Shown in pieces: positions 1-9,673 of a stretch of DNA of 64,000 nt (its first letter is position 1; each line of letters begins with the position of its first letter). This DNA is from an uncultured Verrucomicrobiae bacterium (GTDB lineage: Bacteria; Verrucomicrobiota; Verrucomicrobiia; Chthoniobacterales; UBA10450), in the NCBI GenBank assembly GCA_963772365.1, contig CAVYXA010000001.1, positions 1,472,001 through 1,536,000 on the forward strand. Direction: 5' to 3'. A model generated the notes under the pieces. That model was not told the origin of the DNA, searched no databases, and saw only the letters and a list, made by a program, of their open reading frames with translations. The position numbers and the translations under genes were made by a program.

Positions 1-776
1 TCAAGCGCGGCACCGGCGACTTGTCGATCTTCCAAGGCGTTCATAAGCGCGCGCTCGTCGATCAAACCGCCGCGGGCGCAATTGATGATGCGCACACCGC
101 GCTTTGTCTTTTGTAATCGAGCCGCGTTCAGAATGTGCCGCGTTTCATTGGTCAGCGGCGTGTGCAGCGAAATGAAATCCGCGCTCGTGAGCAAGTCGTC
201 GAGATCATCGACGAGTTCGACTTGCAAGCTGCGCGCCCTGCTCGCTGAGAGATACGGATCGTACGCCATAACGCGCATTCCAAATGCTATCGCTCGCCGG
301 CTCAGTTCGCTCCCAATCCGGCCCATGCCGATTATGCCGAGCGTCTTGTTGTAAAGCTCGACGCCTTCGAAATTCTTTTTGTCCCATTTCTTCTCCCGGA
401 CGTTGGCGTCAGCAGCCGGAATCTTGCGGGCGACCGAAAGCAAAAGCGAAAAAGCATGCTCTGCGGTTGAAACAGTATTCCCGCCCGGGGCATTCAGCAC
501 GATGACGCCACGTTTGGTTGCCGCTTCAACATCGACATTGTCCACGCCCACACCCGCGCGCCCTACCACACGCAGCTTGGTCGCAGCATTCAAAATGTTT
601 GCCGTCACTTTCGTTTGGCTTCGTACAACGAGCGCGCTGAACTCCGGGATAAGATCGACAAGTTCCTTTTCGCTCAGGCCGGTTTTCACCGCGACTTCCA
701 GTGCGCCGTCGCGAGTAAGCTCATCGACTCCGCGAGGTGAAATCGAATCGGCAATCAGAACCTTGGCGACGCTCAT
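1..776 (-). CDS. serA: D-3-phosphoglycerate dehydrogenase (5' part; runs off window start)
   Basis: Manual translation from ATG at 776: MSVAKVLIADSISPRGVDEL...VVGRAGVGVDNVDVEAATKRGVIVLNAPGGNTVSTAEH...TLGIIGMGRIG...DFISLHTPLTNETRHI...IINCARGGLIDE. Not in the ORF track because it has no stop inside the window. Confidence 0.92.
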   Translation of the reverse strand, partial: MSVAKVLIADSISPRGVDELTRDGALEVAVKTGLSEKELVDLIPEFSALVVRSQTKVTANILNAATKLRVVGRAGVGVDNVDVEAATKRGVIVLNAPGGNTVSTAEHAFSLLLSVARKIPAADANVREKKWDKKNFEGVELYNKTLGIIGMGRIGSELSRRAIAFGMRVMAYDPYLSASRARSLQVELVDDLDDLLTSADFISLHTPLTNETRHILNAARLQKTKRGVRIINCARGGLIDERALMNALEDRQVAGAAL

Positions 777-779
777 GTC

Positions 780-830
780 TTGTAGGGCAGGCGCATCGCC
801 TGCGAGGCAACCGAAGCGGTTGCCCTACAA
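780..830. repeat. Inverted pair of GTAG-type REP palindromes (REP dimer)
   Basis: TTGTAGGGCAGGCGCATCGCCTGC...GGCAACCGAAGCGGTTGCCCTACAA. Each arm is GTAG plus a hairpin, and a near-identical copy lies at 10009-10071. Confidence 0.8.
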
Positions 831-851
831 CTACGCTCTGTCTTTACGCAC

Positions 852-2750
852 CTATCCATAAATGAGCAGGCGGATCGATTCAGGCAGTTGCTGAGCCACA
901 TTTGTGGCCACACTACCGCGCAGAAGTTTGGTCATGGCAGTTCGTTGTGACGCGCCGATGATCAAGTAATCGACGCCCATGGTCGCGGCCAGATCAAGAA
1001 TGGTCGAAGCGGTGTCTTCGCTCACAGCATAAATCGGCAGCACGGAGATACCACGCTCTCCGCCCACCTTTATCATCATCGACATGATGGTAGCGGCTTG
1101 CGGATCGTCCTGCCAACGGGCGCGGGTGGGAAGAGTCGGTCCGCCACCGTAAAAAATGGCGATCTCTTTCACATAGAGAACAAAGAGGCAGGCCTTTCTC
1201 AACTGCGCCTCCTCAAGAGCAAAGGTGAGTACGGGAGTGATACCACGCGCTGCCACCATGATTTTCTCGCCTTCGTGCAAATGGGGGCGCAATTGCTCCG
1301 TCAATTCGGGCGTGACCATGGCAGCTACTTCGCGCGTGACGGTGAGTGTGGTCAGACCCTGCCGCTTTAATGTATAAGCGCGCAGTGCAAGACCGCCGCC
1401 TAAAACGCAGATGATAAAGAATAACGCGTCCGGTTTTGTGCGGGCGAGCGTGATCTCGACCCCGCCGAGCACCAAAAAAGTGACGGCGAACAAGACGCGG
1501 TCGTACCAGGTAAAACCGACCGTCTTGTTAAAGGCACACGACCCGACGTTTACTGTGATGGCGCCGACGACCCCGATTGCGTACAGGCCGACCAGTGAAT
1601 TAAAATTGGCCGCGCTTAAAACCACGACGATCGGCAGACCAAACGCGATCAGCAACGGAAGAAACGGTACGCCGTGACCGTTCAATCGTTTGAATTGACG
1701 CGGCATTTCACCATCGCGCGCGACCATGTAGAGGAGACCAATCATGGCGACGATCGCCGTATTGGCCGCACTGAGAAGCAACAGGAAAAAGACAATCCCG
1801 ACAACCCAACTGAAAATGCTTCCAAACCAGGGCGCGATCGTCGCCGCTCCAAATTGTTCTCCAATGAAGCGCAGCATGTCTTCCTGGCGTGCGGCGAGCG
1901 CATCTGAAATCGCCTTGGGGGTGGTAAGATGGAGAGTTTGGCCCATGACGCTCGGTAGCGAGAGCATTGCCCAGCCCAGCAAAATGGTTCCAATGACGAC
2001 CTCAATTGCAACCGGCAAAATCGCCTTGAGCGATTCGCGCGCGACCCTCGGATGTTCCGATGTGTATCCCGGGTCGAGCTTCATGACGCCAGTGAGGTTG
2101 GCGATCGATTCCGCACCCGAAAGAGCGAGGATGACGCCTACAAATTGCACCCACAAAGCGCTAAGACTCTCGTGACGTGGTTGCAAAAATTTGGTCGTGA
2201 GATGCGGGGCGCTGATCGCAATCAAGACCAACACGACAATGACGGCCGGCGCTGCCAGAACGATGGCAAGATTACCGCTGTGCCTGGGGCCAAAGTAATT
2301 GATCGCTCCCAGCAAGAGCAGCGTTGCCATCGTAGTCAGCGCAATGTGATCGCGTAGGAATTTGATCCAGGCAATCTGTTCCGCTCCCGAAGTGATGTAA
2401 CTTAGAGCGGCCCAACCGCTCAGTGCAGCCGTGACAGTCAAATTCGCTACGAGCAACAACGCACCCACTACCGCCAGCAATCTGCCCTGCGAACGCGCTG
2501 CAGAATAAACTCCTCCGCCATCCGGGAAATGACGGCAGATGACAATGTAATTAATGCCGACCAATCCGGTGACGGCGCAAACAGCAATGATGATCGGCAG
2601 CGACGAAAACCCCGCGGCAACAAAGGCCAACCCGATTACATAGGCCTTGCTCGTGCCCCAGTCGCCGTAGAGCAATGCCGCCGCGCGTTTCCAATCGAGA
2701 TTGCGCGGCCGATGCACTCCGCCGCTCTCGCTTGCCACCAACTCAGCCAT
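852..2750 (-). CDS. APC-superfamily permease with C-terminal universal stress protein (USP) domain; probable KimA/Kup-like K+ transporter
   Basis: About 12 hydrophobic helices, G-x-E-S-I-A-N motif, TM1 YGDWGTSKAY, and a C-terminal USP signature (ILDLAATMGVDYLIIGASQR...LLRGSVATNV). Start moved to MAELVASE (2750) to avoid overlap with kup. Confidence 0.8.
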   Translation of the reverse strand: MAELVASESGGVHRPRNLDWKRAAALLYGDWGTSKAYVIGLAFVAAGFSSLPIIIAVCAVTGLVGINYIVICRHFPDGGGVYSAARSQGRLLAVVGALLLVANLTVTAALSGWAALSYITSGAEQIAWIKFLRDHIALTTMATLLLLGAINYFGPRHSGNLAIVLAAPAVIVVLVLIAISAPHLTTKFLQPRHESLSALWVQFVGVILALSGAESIANLTGVMKLDPGYTSEHPRVARESLKAILPVAIEVVIGTILLGWAMLSLPSVMGQTLHLTTPKAISDALAARQEDMLRFIGEQFGAATIAPWFGSIFSWVVGIVFFLLLLSAANTAIVAMIGLLYMVARDGEMPRQFKRLNGHGVPFLPLLIAFGLPIVVVLSAANFNSLVGLYAIGVVGAITVNVGSCAFNKTVGFTWYDRVLFAVTFLVLGGVEITLARTKPDALFFIICVLGGGLALRAYTLKRQGLTTLTVTREVAAMVTPELTEQLRPHLHEGEKIMVAARGITPVLTFALEEAQLRKACLFVLYVKEIAIFYGGGPTLPTRARWQDDPQAATIMSMMIKVGGERGISVLPIYAVSEDTASTILDLAATMGVDYLIIGASQRTAMTKLLRGSVATNVAQQLPESIRLLIYG

Positions 2751-2847
2751 GTTTGCGCTGACTGTCGATGGGTACGGTTGGCCGACCGCAAGTCCTTTCT
2801 GGGTGGCATGGCGGTGCCGCCCGACCGCGACCACAACTGTTGACGAG

Positions 2848-4779
2848 CTACACCTCCACACGCGCACCGAGTTCGACAACGCCGTTCGGTGGCAGGCAAA
2901 AGTACGACGTCGCGTCTCCGGCATTCCGTGTCATCCAGGCAAAGAGCGAGCCACGCCAGGCCGAGAGACCGAGCTTACGCGTGGCCAGAATTGTTTCGCG
3001 ACCAATGAAATAGGTAGTGCGCATGGGATCGAACTGGAGGCCGGCTTCTTTGATGGAATCGAGCGCCGAAGGCACATCGGGTTTCTCGATAAAGCCGAAG
3101 TGGATTTGGGCGCGCCAAAATCCTTCGCTCAATCTCTCCAGCGCAACGCGATCCTTTATGTTCCTGAGATACGGAACTTCTTCCGTTCGCACGGTGAGCA
3201 ACACAACATTTTCATGAAGCACTTTGTTGTGCTTCAAATTATGCAAGAGCGCGAGCGGCGTTCCAAAGCGATTGCCTGACATGTAAACCGCTGTGCCGGG
3301 CACGCGCCGAATGTTTTGGTTTTTCAGATCGGCCAGGAAATCCTCGAGCGGTAGACAAATTTCCCCGAGGTGATCGCGAAGAATGCGGCGTCCTTTTCTC
3401 CAAGTCAGCATAAGAAACAGAATGCCCGCCGAAACCAGCAGCGGGAACCATCCTCCGTGCGCGATTTTCAACATGTTTGCCGAGAAAAACGCAAAATCGA
3501 TGGCAATGAAGAACGCTGCAACAGCAAGGGCAATAGCCGCGGGCCAGCGCCATCGTCTTCGCGCCACCATGTAAAATAAGACGGTCGTGATCAGCATCGT
3601 CGTGGTGATGGCTACGCCGTAGGCAGCAGCAAGGTTGCTCGACGATCGAAAGCCAAGAACAAGTCCGATGCAGGCGATCATCAGGATCCAATTCACCACC
3701 GGCACATAGATTTGGCCGATCACGCGCGCGGAGGTGTAGTTAACTTTCAGACGCGGGATGTAGCCGAGTTGAATCGCCTGCATCGTGAGAGAGAACGATC
3801 CGCTGATGATGGCTTGCGAGGCAATCACAGCGGCTGCCGCTGCCAGAATCACCATTGGATAAAGCGCCCATGCCGGCGTCATTCGGAAGAATGGATTGAC
3901 AGCAGATTCCGGTTCCACGAGGAGGAGGGATCCCTGCCCAAAATAATTTAGAGTTAGCGCCGGAAGAACAACAGCGAACCAGCTCCATCGAATCGGCGCC
4001 GTCCCGAAATGTCCGATGTCTGCGTAAAGCGCTTCGCCTCCGGTCACGACGAGAAAAACAGCGCCAAGGACAATGAAACCGCGCCAGCCGTTGTTCAGAA
4101 AAAACTCAAAGCCATGGATTGGATTAATCGCGCCAAGTACTTGCGGCGCGCGAATGATTTGGTGAACGCCAAGCGCGCCGATTGCCAGAAACCAGAGCAA
4201 GGTAACAGGACCAAATACAGCTCCAATCCCAGCAGTGCCGCGCGATTGGAAAATAAACAGGCCAATCAAAATGCCGATGGCGATCGGGACGACAAATGGA
4301 TCGAACAACGGCGTCGCGATGTGCAGTCCTTCCACCGCCCCCATTACTGAAATCGCGGGAGTAATCATTCCATCGGCGTAAAGCAGGGCCGCTCCGAACA
4401 ATCCCAGAAGAAAAAATATTTTGCCGCGCCTAACGATGTCTCCGACCAGCGTAGCCAGAGCCAGAATCCCACCTTCGCCTCGATTGTCGGCCCGGAGAAT
4501 CAGGGTCAGATATTTGAGCGAAATAATGAGAAGCAACGACCAAAGAATTAGCGAGAGCACGCCCAGAACATTTGCGTGCGACGGAGCGATGCCGTGCTGG
4601 CCGTAAAAGCATTCGCGCAACGCATACAACGGGCTCGTCCCGATGTCGCCGTAAACGATCCCGAGACAGGCCAGGCAAAGTAAAAGCAGCCGCTTCTTTC
4701 CAACTTTTGTCGGGTTGGAAGGCTTTGCCCGGACTCTCTCCGGAGCGGCTGAAACTAGCGTTGAAAGGCCTGAGCTCAC
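2848..4779 (-). CDS. kup: Potassium uptake protein Kup
   Basis: GIVYGDIGTSPLYA, ADNRGEGGILAL, YADGMITPAISV, TGGEALYADIGHFG, GQIYVP, LLHNLKHNKVLHE motifs. Confidence 0.96.
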   Translation of the reverse strand: MSSGLSTLVSAAPERVRAKPSNPTKVGKKRLLLLCLACLGIVYGDIGTSPLYALRECFYGQHGIAPSHANVLGVLSLILWSLLLIISLKYLTLILRADNRGEGGILALATLVGDIVRRGKIFFLLGLFGAALLYADGMITPAISVMGAVEGLHIATPLFDPFVVPIAIGILIGLFIFQSRGTAGIGAVFGPVTLLWFLAIGALGVHQIIRAPQVLGAINPIHGFEFFLNNGWRGFIVLGAVFLVVTGGEALYADIGHFGTAPIRWSWFAVVLPALTLNYFGQGSLLLVEPESAVNPFFRMTPAWALYPMVILAAAAAVIASQAIISGSFSLTMQAIQLGYIPRLKVNYTSARVIGQIYVPVVNWILMIACIGLVLGFRSSSNLAAAYGVAITTTMLITTVLFYMVARRRWRWPAAIALAVAAFFIAIDFAFFSANMLKIAHGGWFPLLVSAGILFLMLTWRKGRRILRDHLGEICLPLEDFLADLKNQNIRRVPGTAVYMSGNRFGTPLALLHNLKHNKVLHENVVLLTVRTEEVPYLRNIKDRVALERLSEGFWRAQIHFGFIEKPDVPSALDSIKEAGLQFDPMRTTYFIGRETILATRKLGLSAWRGSLFAWMTRNAGDATSYFCLPPNGVVELGARVEV

Positions 4780-4791
4780 CTGTTGTTACCG

Positions 4792-4837
4792 ATTCTAAGC
4801 GGGCTAACGGTCCAGAATAATTAAAACGGTACTAAAA
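4792..4837 (-). promoter_or_regulatory. Putative kup promoter with KdpE/OmpR-type direct repeat
   Basis: On the minus strand, TTTTAG-N5-TTTTAA (4837-4821, 11-bp period) lies upstream of a -10-like TAGAAT (4797-4792). The layout resembles the E. coli KdpE site (TTTATA-N5-TTTACA). Confidence 0.45.
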
Positions 4838-4867
4838 TTCTGAGCCGCGCATTTCCCAGGCGGTTAG

Positions 4868-6037
4868 ATGCGCTACATTTGCGGCGTGCTGGGAAAAACC
4901 AGTTCGCCCGTTGTTAAACAATCTTCCGAAATGCTGACCTCGGAAGCGCCCAATGATCGCGACGTCTCTGAATTTGCGCCATTAAAGGAATACATCGGCG
5001 CAGTTGTGGGAGTTGTTTTGCTCACGCTTGCCTGCTGGTTGCTAACGCCGTTTACTGGATACGGAGCGATTTCGCTGATTTATCTGCTCGGCGTCCTGCT
5101 GGCCGGAATGATCCTGAGTCGCGGACCAGTCCTGTTAGTCGCCGCGCTCAGCGCGCTTTGCTGGAACTTTTTGTTCATCCCGCCACTGTTCACGTTGCAT
5201 ATCGCAAAGTTGGAAGACGCCCTGACGTTTGCCACTTACTTCATCGTTGCCCTTACTGTCGGAAGTTTGACCGCGCAGTTGAAAGCACGCGAGCATCTTG
5301 CCGCTCAGGTCCAACTTGCCGCCGATTCCGAGCGGCTCCGCAAGACTTTGCTCGACTGCGTTTCGCACGAGCTGAAAACGCCGCTGTCGGCAATTGGCGC
5401 TGCCAGCCAGGAACTTTTGCGTCTGGCCTCGAATTCTCAGGATCCAGAGATGCTTAAACAGTTGGCTGCCGAAATTCGTCACGGCTCATTGCGTCTCAAT
5501 CGTGTCGTTAACAATCTTCTAGATATGAACCGCCTCGAAAGCGGAGTGGTCCGGCCTGACTACGAATGGTGCGATGTGCGCGATCTGTTGCAATCGGCCA
5601 TCGAGATCGAGCGCGAATCAATCGAGGGCCGTGAAGTCAGATTGGACGTGGCGGAGAACATGCCGCTGGCGCTTGTCGATCATACTTTGATCGAGCAGGC
5701 CGTCGCGAAGTTAATTGCCAATGCCGGAAGTCACACGCCACCAGAGCTGCCGATCGAGATCGACACCGAATACGCCAACGGCCAACTCGTGATTTCGGTG
5801 AGCGATCGCGGCCCCGGGTTTTCCATCGAATCGACACAGCGTGCTTTTGAAAAATTCTATCGAGGCAACAATCGCAAGACCGGTGGCCTCGGGCTTGGAC
5901 TCTCGATCGCGCGCGGTTTTGTCGAAGCACACGGCGGAACACTTACCGTAGAAAATCGCGATGGAGGCGGCGCGCGTTTGATCATGAAATTGCCGGTGCG
6001 CACCACTGACGCGAACGCATTGAAAGAAGAGACATGA
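4868..6037 (+). CDS. kdpD: KdpD-like sensor histidine kinase (DUF4118 TM domain + HisKA + HATPase), lacking the N-terminal KdpD/USP region
   Basis: WNFLFIPPLFTL TM block, SERLRKTLLDCVSHELKTPL H-box, DRGPG, GLGLGLSIARGFVEAHGG. The start may be at 4931. Confidence 0.8.
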   Translation: MRYICGVLGKTSSPVVKQSSEMLTSEAPNDRDVSEFAPLKEYIGAVVGVVLLTLACWLLTPFTGYGAISLIYLLGVLLAGMILSRGPVLLVAALSALCWNFLFIPPLFTLHIAKLEDALTFATYFIVALTVGSLTAQLKAREHLAAQVQLAADSERLRKTLLDCVSHELKTPLSAIGAASQELLRLASNSQDPEMLKQLAAEIRHGSLRLNRVVNNLLDMNRLESGVVRPDYEWCDVRDLLQSAIEIERESIEGREVRLDVAENMPLALVDHTLIEQAVAKLIANAGSHTPPELPIEIDTEYANGQLVISVSDRGPGFSIESTQRAFEKFYRGNNRKTGGLGLGLSIARGFVEAHGGTLTVENRDGGGARLIMKLPVRTTDANALKEET

Positions 6038-6735
6038 AATCATCTCGCGTGGCGCTGATTATCGATGACGAAAAACAGATTCGCCGGCTTCTTCGCTTCG
6101 CGCTGGAAGCGGCGGACCATACGGTTTATGAGGCCGAGACTGGGCAAGCCGGACTTTCGCAAATTCTGCAACACCGTCCCGATATCGTGCTTCTCGATCT
6201 TGGGTTGCCCGACATGGAAGGCGTCAAAGTCCTGCGCCGTTTGCGGGAATGGTCGGATGTTCCGGTGTTAATCCTTTCGGTTCGCGACGATGCAGAGGAA
6301 AAAGTCGCGGCCCTCGATGCCGGAGCGGATGATTACGTGACCAAGCCGTTCGATACTGCGGAATTGCTGGCCCGGGTTCGTGTCGCGCAACGCCGGTCGC
6401 TAACGGAAACGGGCGAACCGGTTTTTCATTCGGGACCGCTTTACGTCGATTTCGCGGATCGGCAGGTCAAGCTCAATGGCGTGGAAATTAAGCTCACGCC
6501 TACCGAATATTCACTGCTCCGCGTGCTGGTTCAGAATGCCGGGAAAGTTGTCACGCATCGGCAATTGCTCCGGACGGTTTGGGGAGAGAAAGCTGAAAGC
6601 CAGGCGCAATATCTGCGCGTCTATGTCACGCATCTGCGCAAAAAACTGGAGATCAATTCCGAGGTACCAAGTCTAATTGGAACGGAAGTCGGAATCGGTT
6701 ACCGATTATCGCTCGAACCACCAGCAACTCGCTGA
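6034..6735 (+). CDS. kdpE: KdpE-like OmpR-family response regulator
   Basis: DDEKQIRR, LLDLGLPDMEG, ALDAGADDYVTKPF, LTPTEYSLL, QYLRVYVTHLRKKLE. ATGA overlap with kdpD. Confidence 0.9.
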   Translation: MKSSRVALIIDDEKQIRRLLRFALEAADHTVYEAETGQAGLSQILQHRPDIVLLDLGLPDMEGVKVLRRLREWSDVPVLILSVRDDAEEKVAALDAGADDYVTKPFDTAELLARVRVAQRRSLTETGEPVFHSGPLYVDFADRQVKLNGVEIKLTPTEYSLLRVLVQNAGKVVTHRQLLRTVWGEKAESQAQYLRVYVTHLRKKLEINSEVPSLIGTEVGIGYRLSLEPPATR

Positions 6736-7046
6736 AAGAATCGCGGGGGGTGCTCTAAGTTAACAATCTTTTAGCACTCCGGAGCCCGATTTTAATTAGC
6801 CATCGCACTACAGAGCGAGCCAGCTTTGGATATGCAAACGATCGTCGTTATGTACATCCAAACGCCCGGCGCTCGGCTTTCTCCGGAACAAATCGGCGTC
6901 GTATCGACCGGCGGCAGCTCGAATGGATGGATTGACCCGCATTCCTGGGACAGCAACCACAGTTTCAACTCATCCCAACGGGAGGAAAAAACGCCTCCCT
7001 TCTGGACGTGGTTCATGGAGAATCCGCGCAGCCGCAGAACAACCTG

Positions 7047-7185
7047 GTGATCTCAACTGACGTCCGGCGTCCGCGCAATGTGGATTGGAAGCGCGCGGCG
7101 GCGATTCTCTACGGCGATTGGGGCACGAGCAAAGCCTAGGTGCCGGGCCTGGCGTTCGCGATTGCCGCCTACAGTTCGCGTACGC
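7047..7185 (+). pseudogene. 5' remnant of a paralogue of the APC-USP permease, with an in-frame amber stop
   Basis: Translates VISTDVRRPRNVDWKRAAAILYGDWGTSKA*VPGLAFAIAAYSS, versus VHRPRNLDWKRAAALLYGDWGTSKAYVIGLAFVAAGFSS in 852-2750. TAG at 7137-7139 replaces Tyr, and similarity ends soon after. Confidence 0.85.
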
Positions 7186-7416
7186 TGTCAGCCCGTCCGC
7201 CGCGGAAACAATTGCGATGTTGCTGCGACCTCGGCGCATCGCGAGTCATCCTCGGCGCGCCGCAACGCAATGCGCTGCTAAATCTTTTGCGCGGAAATGT
7301 ACTTCGGGAAGTCTCGAGCTCGCTTCCCGAAGAGATCGATCTCCTTGGTTTACGCTTAACTGGACCGGGTCGTGTCGATTTCAGCGTTCAGCGATCGACG
7401 TTGGGCGTTTTCTTCT

Positions 7417-8436
7417 CTATCCCCGCACCGCGCTGATCCCCTGTCGGGTGATTCGCTCGATCAACTGTGGATACGGCAATCCAGCTTTACCCGCGGAAAG
7501 CGCGAAGTCTTCGTCCTCGGCAAGATGAGGGTTGGGATTTGCTTCGATGAAGTAAATCTTCTTCTCCGGTGTGATCCGCAGATCGATTCGAGCGTAACCG
7601 TCAATGGTGAGCAGGCGATAAATCCGTTTGCAGGTTTCCTCGATCTCTTCAATCAGCGCCGGCTCGAGGCCGTCGGCGAACTGGTTCTCCAAGCCCCATC
7701 GTTTCCGATATTCGTCATCCCACTTCGCTTTGAACGTGGCGATCTTGGGTTCGTTCGGCGGCACTTCTCGAAATAGCATTTCTCGAATAGGAAACACAGC
7801 CAGCTTCACGTTACCCATGATGCTGACATAGAGTTCGCGGCCATCGATGTATTCTTCCGCGATTGCGGAGCTGCTGTGTTTCTCATGAATGAACGCAACG
7901 CGCTCCCGAAATTGTTCGTCGGCCTCGACGAACGACGCCTGCGAGATTCCATAGGATGCTTCTTCCTTAACGGGTTTTACCAGGACCGGGAACTTGAGCT
8001 GTTTGGGTCGACCGATCCGTTGCCCGCGTGGAATCACCACAAAATTCGGAACGTGGATATGATGATAATGCAGAATCTTCTTCGAAATGCCCTTGTGTTT
8101 GCAAAGCGTCAGGCCGGTCGAGCCGCACCCGGTAAACGGTAAGCCTTGCATCTCGAAAAACGAGACGATGTTCTGGTCGAACCCGGGATTGTTTCGGAAT
8201 TGCTCGACCAGATTAAAAAGAACGTCCGCCGAAAACGTCTCCATCTTTTGCCGGACAAGATCGACATCGTCATAAATGGCCAGATGCTCGGCGGTGTGAC
8301 CGAGCTTGCCCAGCGCATCCATCACGTTCGCCTCGGTTTTCCAGTCCGGCGTCTTCATTTCCTCGCTGAAATCCTGATCGACCTTCGTTGGACTGGTGCC
8401 GTCGAACAGAACCAGAACTTTCAGTTTCTTTTTCAT
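7417..8436 (-). CDS. D-alanine--D-alanine ligase family ATP-grasp protein
   Basis: VLFNLVE, GLPFTGCG, FPVLVKPVKEEASYGIS, AEEYIDGRELYV, GYARIDLR, YFIEANPNP. Confidence 0.88.
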   Translation of the reverse strand: MKKKLKVLVLFDGTSPTKVDQDFSEEMKTPDWKTEANVMDALGKLGHTAEHLAIYDDVDLVRQKMETFSADVLFNLVEQFRNNPGFDQNIVSFFEMQGLPFTGCGSTGLTLCKHKGISKKILHYHHIHVPNFVVIPRGQRIGRPKQLKFPVLVKPVKEEASYGISQASFVEADEQFRERVAFIHEKHSSSAIAEEYIDGRELYVSIMGNVKLAVFPIREMLFREVPPNEPKIATFKAKWDDEYRKRWGLENQFADGLEPALIEEIEETCKRIYRLLTIDGYARIDLRITPEKKIYFIEANPNPHLAEDEDFALSAGKAGLPYPQLIERITRQGISAVRG

Positions 8437-8456
8437 GCTCTAAGCCACCACCTGAT

Positions 8457-8537
8457 GTCATTCCGAGCGAAGTCGAGGAATCCCGCAGCAGAACCCCATG
8501 TAATTCTGCGGGATGTCTCGACTTCGCTCGACATGAC
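8457..8537. repeat. Intergenic palindromic element (MITE/REP-like GTCATTCCGAGCGAAGTCGAGGAATC...GATGTCTCGACTTCGCTCGACATGAC)
   Basis: Long imperfect inverted repeat with GTCAT/ATGAC ends, sitting between two co-oriented genes. Confidence 0.75.
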
Positions 8538-8546
8538 CAATTGTCT

Positions 8547-9572
8547 TCACTTCGTGCGCTTAAACTTGCCGGTAAATAAGTAATTCATCACCAGCGTGGT
8601 GATGTAGGAGGCGGTCCGGAGGTCTTGCTGAGGATCGTCATTGAGCACTCGAAGACCGAGCTCATCCGTGCGGTCGATCAGTCGATTCAATAATTTGTTG
8701 ATCCGATATTTCTTTTCATTCGTCCACTGCGACACCGAATTCATGATCCGCCGTTTCCGCTGCCGCAGATACGAGCTGGCCTTGATTGCGGCGTCGCCAG
8801 CCGAAGCGGAAAACAGTTGGCGAAGATCGACATCGTAAAAGGCGGGATAAGCTTCCGCATAGAGTTTTCGCTTCCGCGCATAATAGGTCCGGAGCTTCAG
8901 GTTCAGGCAATTGTAATCGGCCGCGCGATATTTGGGCATGTGAACAGGCGCAGTGCCGGCGAGCGATCGCATCAATTCATCAACGCACTCGAGTTTCTGG
9001 AGAGCAATTTTCCAACGGGCATACTGCTTTCGCCAATCGAGCCCCGGTGTCAGCCAGACCGCGAACGTCTCGGCGAAATCTTCATCCGGATGGGCCTGAG
9101 CATACCAATCATCGAGATGGAGAACGTAACTTCGACTAAACGGGCGCGGCCGATAAAAACTCGGCGTTTCCTCATCGGAAGTTTGACCAAAACATTGTTG
9201 CCATTTTTTCCTGTGCTGAAGTTCGTAAGCGTAGCTGTAAGCGTGACCGGCCTCATGCCGCATCAATTTCATGAACCAGGCCGGCGTCTCGCCTTCAACT
9301 TCGAGCATCATCGAACGTTCCAGCGCACGGAGCCGATCGTGCACCAGAAAAAACGGAATAAAGATCGCCGGGATTCCGATCGGCACGAACCATTCATCAC
9401 CGATGTAACATGGCGGAAGAAACGTCAGACCTTTGGATGAAAGTTCATCGTAAAGTTGTTTAATCAACGGCTCGAGCGGCGTGCCTTCGAGTTTTAAACC
9501 GAGCGTGGAAATTCGGCGCTCGAGCAATTGCTCGTCAGTAAGTGATGGCCAATTTTCGGTCGCCGCTTCCAT
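8547..9572 (-). CDS. Putative zinc-binding metallopeptidase
   Basis: LMRHEAGHAY (HExxH) and YAQAHPDEDFAETFAVWL motif. Confidence 0.85.
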   Translation of the reverse strand: MEAATENWPSLTDEQLLERRISTLGLKLEGTPLEPLIKQLYDELSSKGLTFLPPCYIGDEWFVPIGIPAIFIPFFLVHDRLRALERSMMLEVEGETPAWFMKLMRHEAGHAYSYAYELQHRKKWQQCFGQTSDEETPSFYRPRPFSRSYVLHLDDWYAQAHPDEDFAETFAVWLTPGLDWRKQYARWKIALQKLECVDELMRSLAGTAPVHMPKYRAADYNCLNLKLRTYYARKRKLYAEAYPAFYDVDLRQLFSASAGDAAIKASSYLRQRKRRIMNSVSQWTNEKKYRINKLLNRLIDRTDELGLRVLNDDPQQDLRTASYITTLVMNYLFTGKFKRTK

Positions 9573-9673
9573 TGCGGAAAAGAATCATCTATTTACGAAG
9601 TCAGGAAAGAAGGAAAATTGGATTGTATGCTGACTGGCATACAAGGTGATACTCTGTCGTATTTTTTCAGACA

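Noticed and set aside
4780..4867. c-di-AMP riboswitch upstream of kup
   Set aside because: The intergenic region is too short and lacks the motif.
7137..7139. In-frame TAG as possible pyrrolysine or readthrough codon
   Set aside because: Similarity to the permease ends about 15 codons later, so this is a truncated pseudogene.
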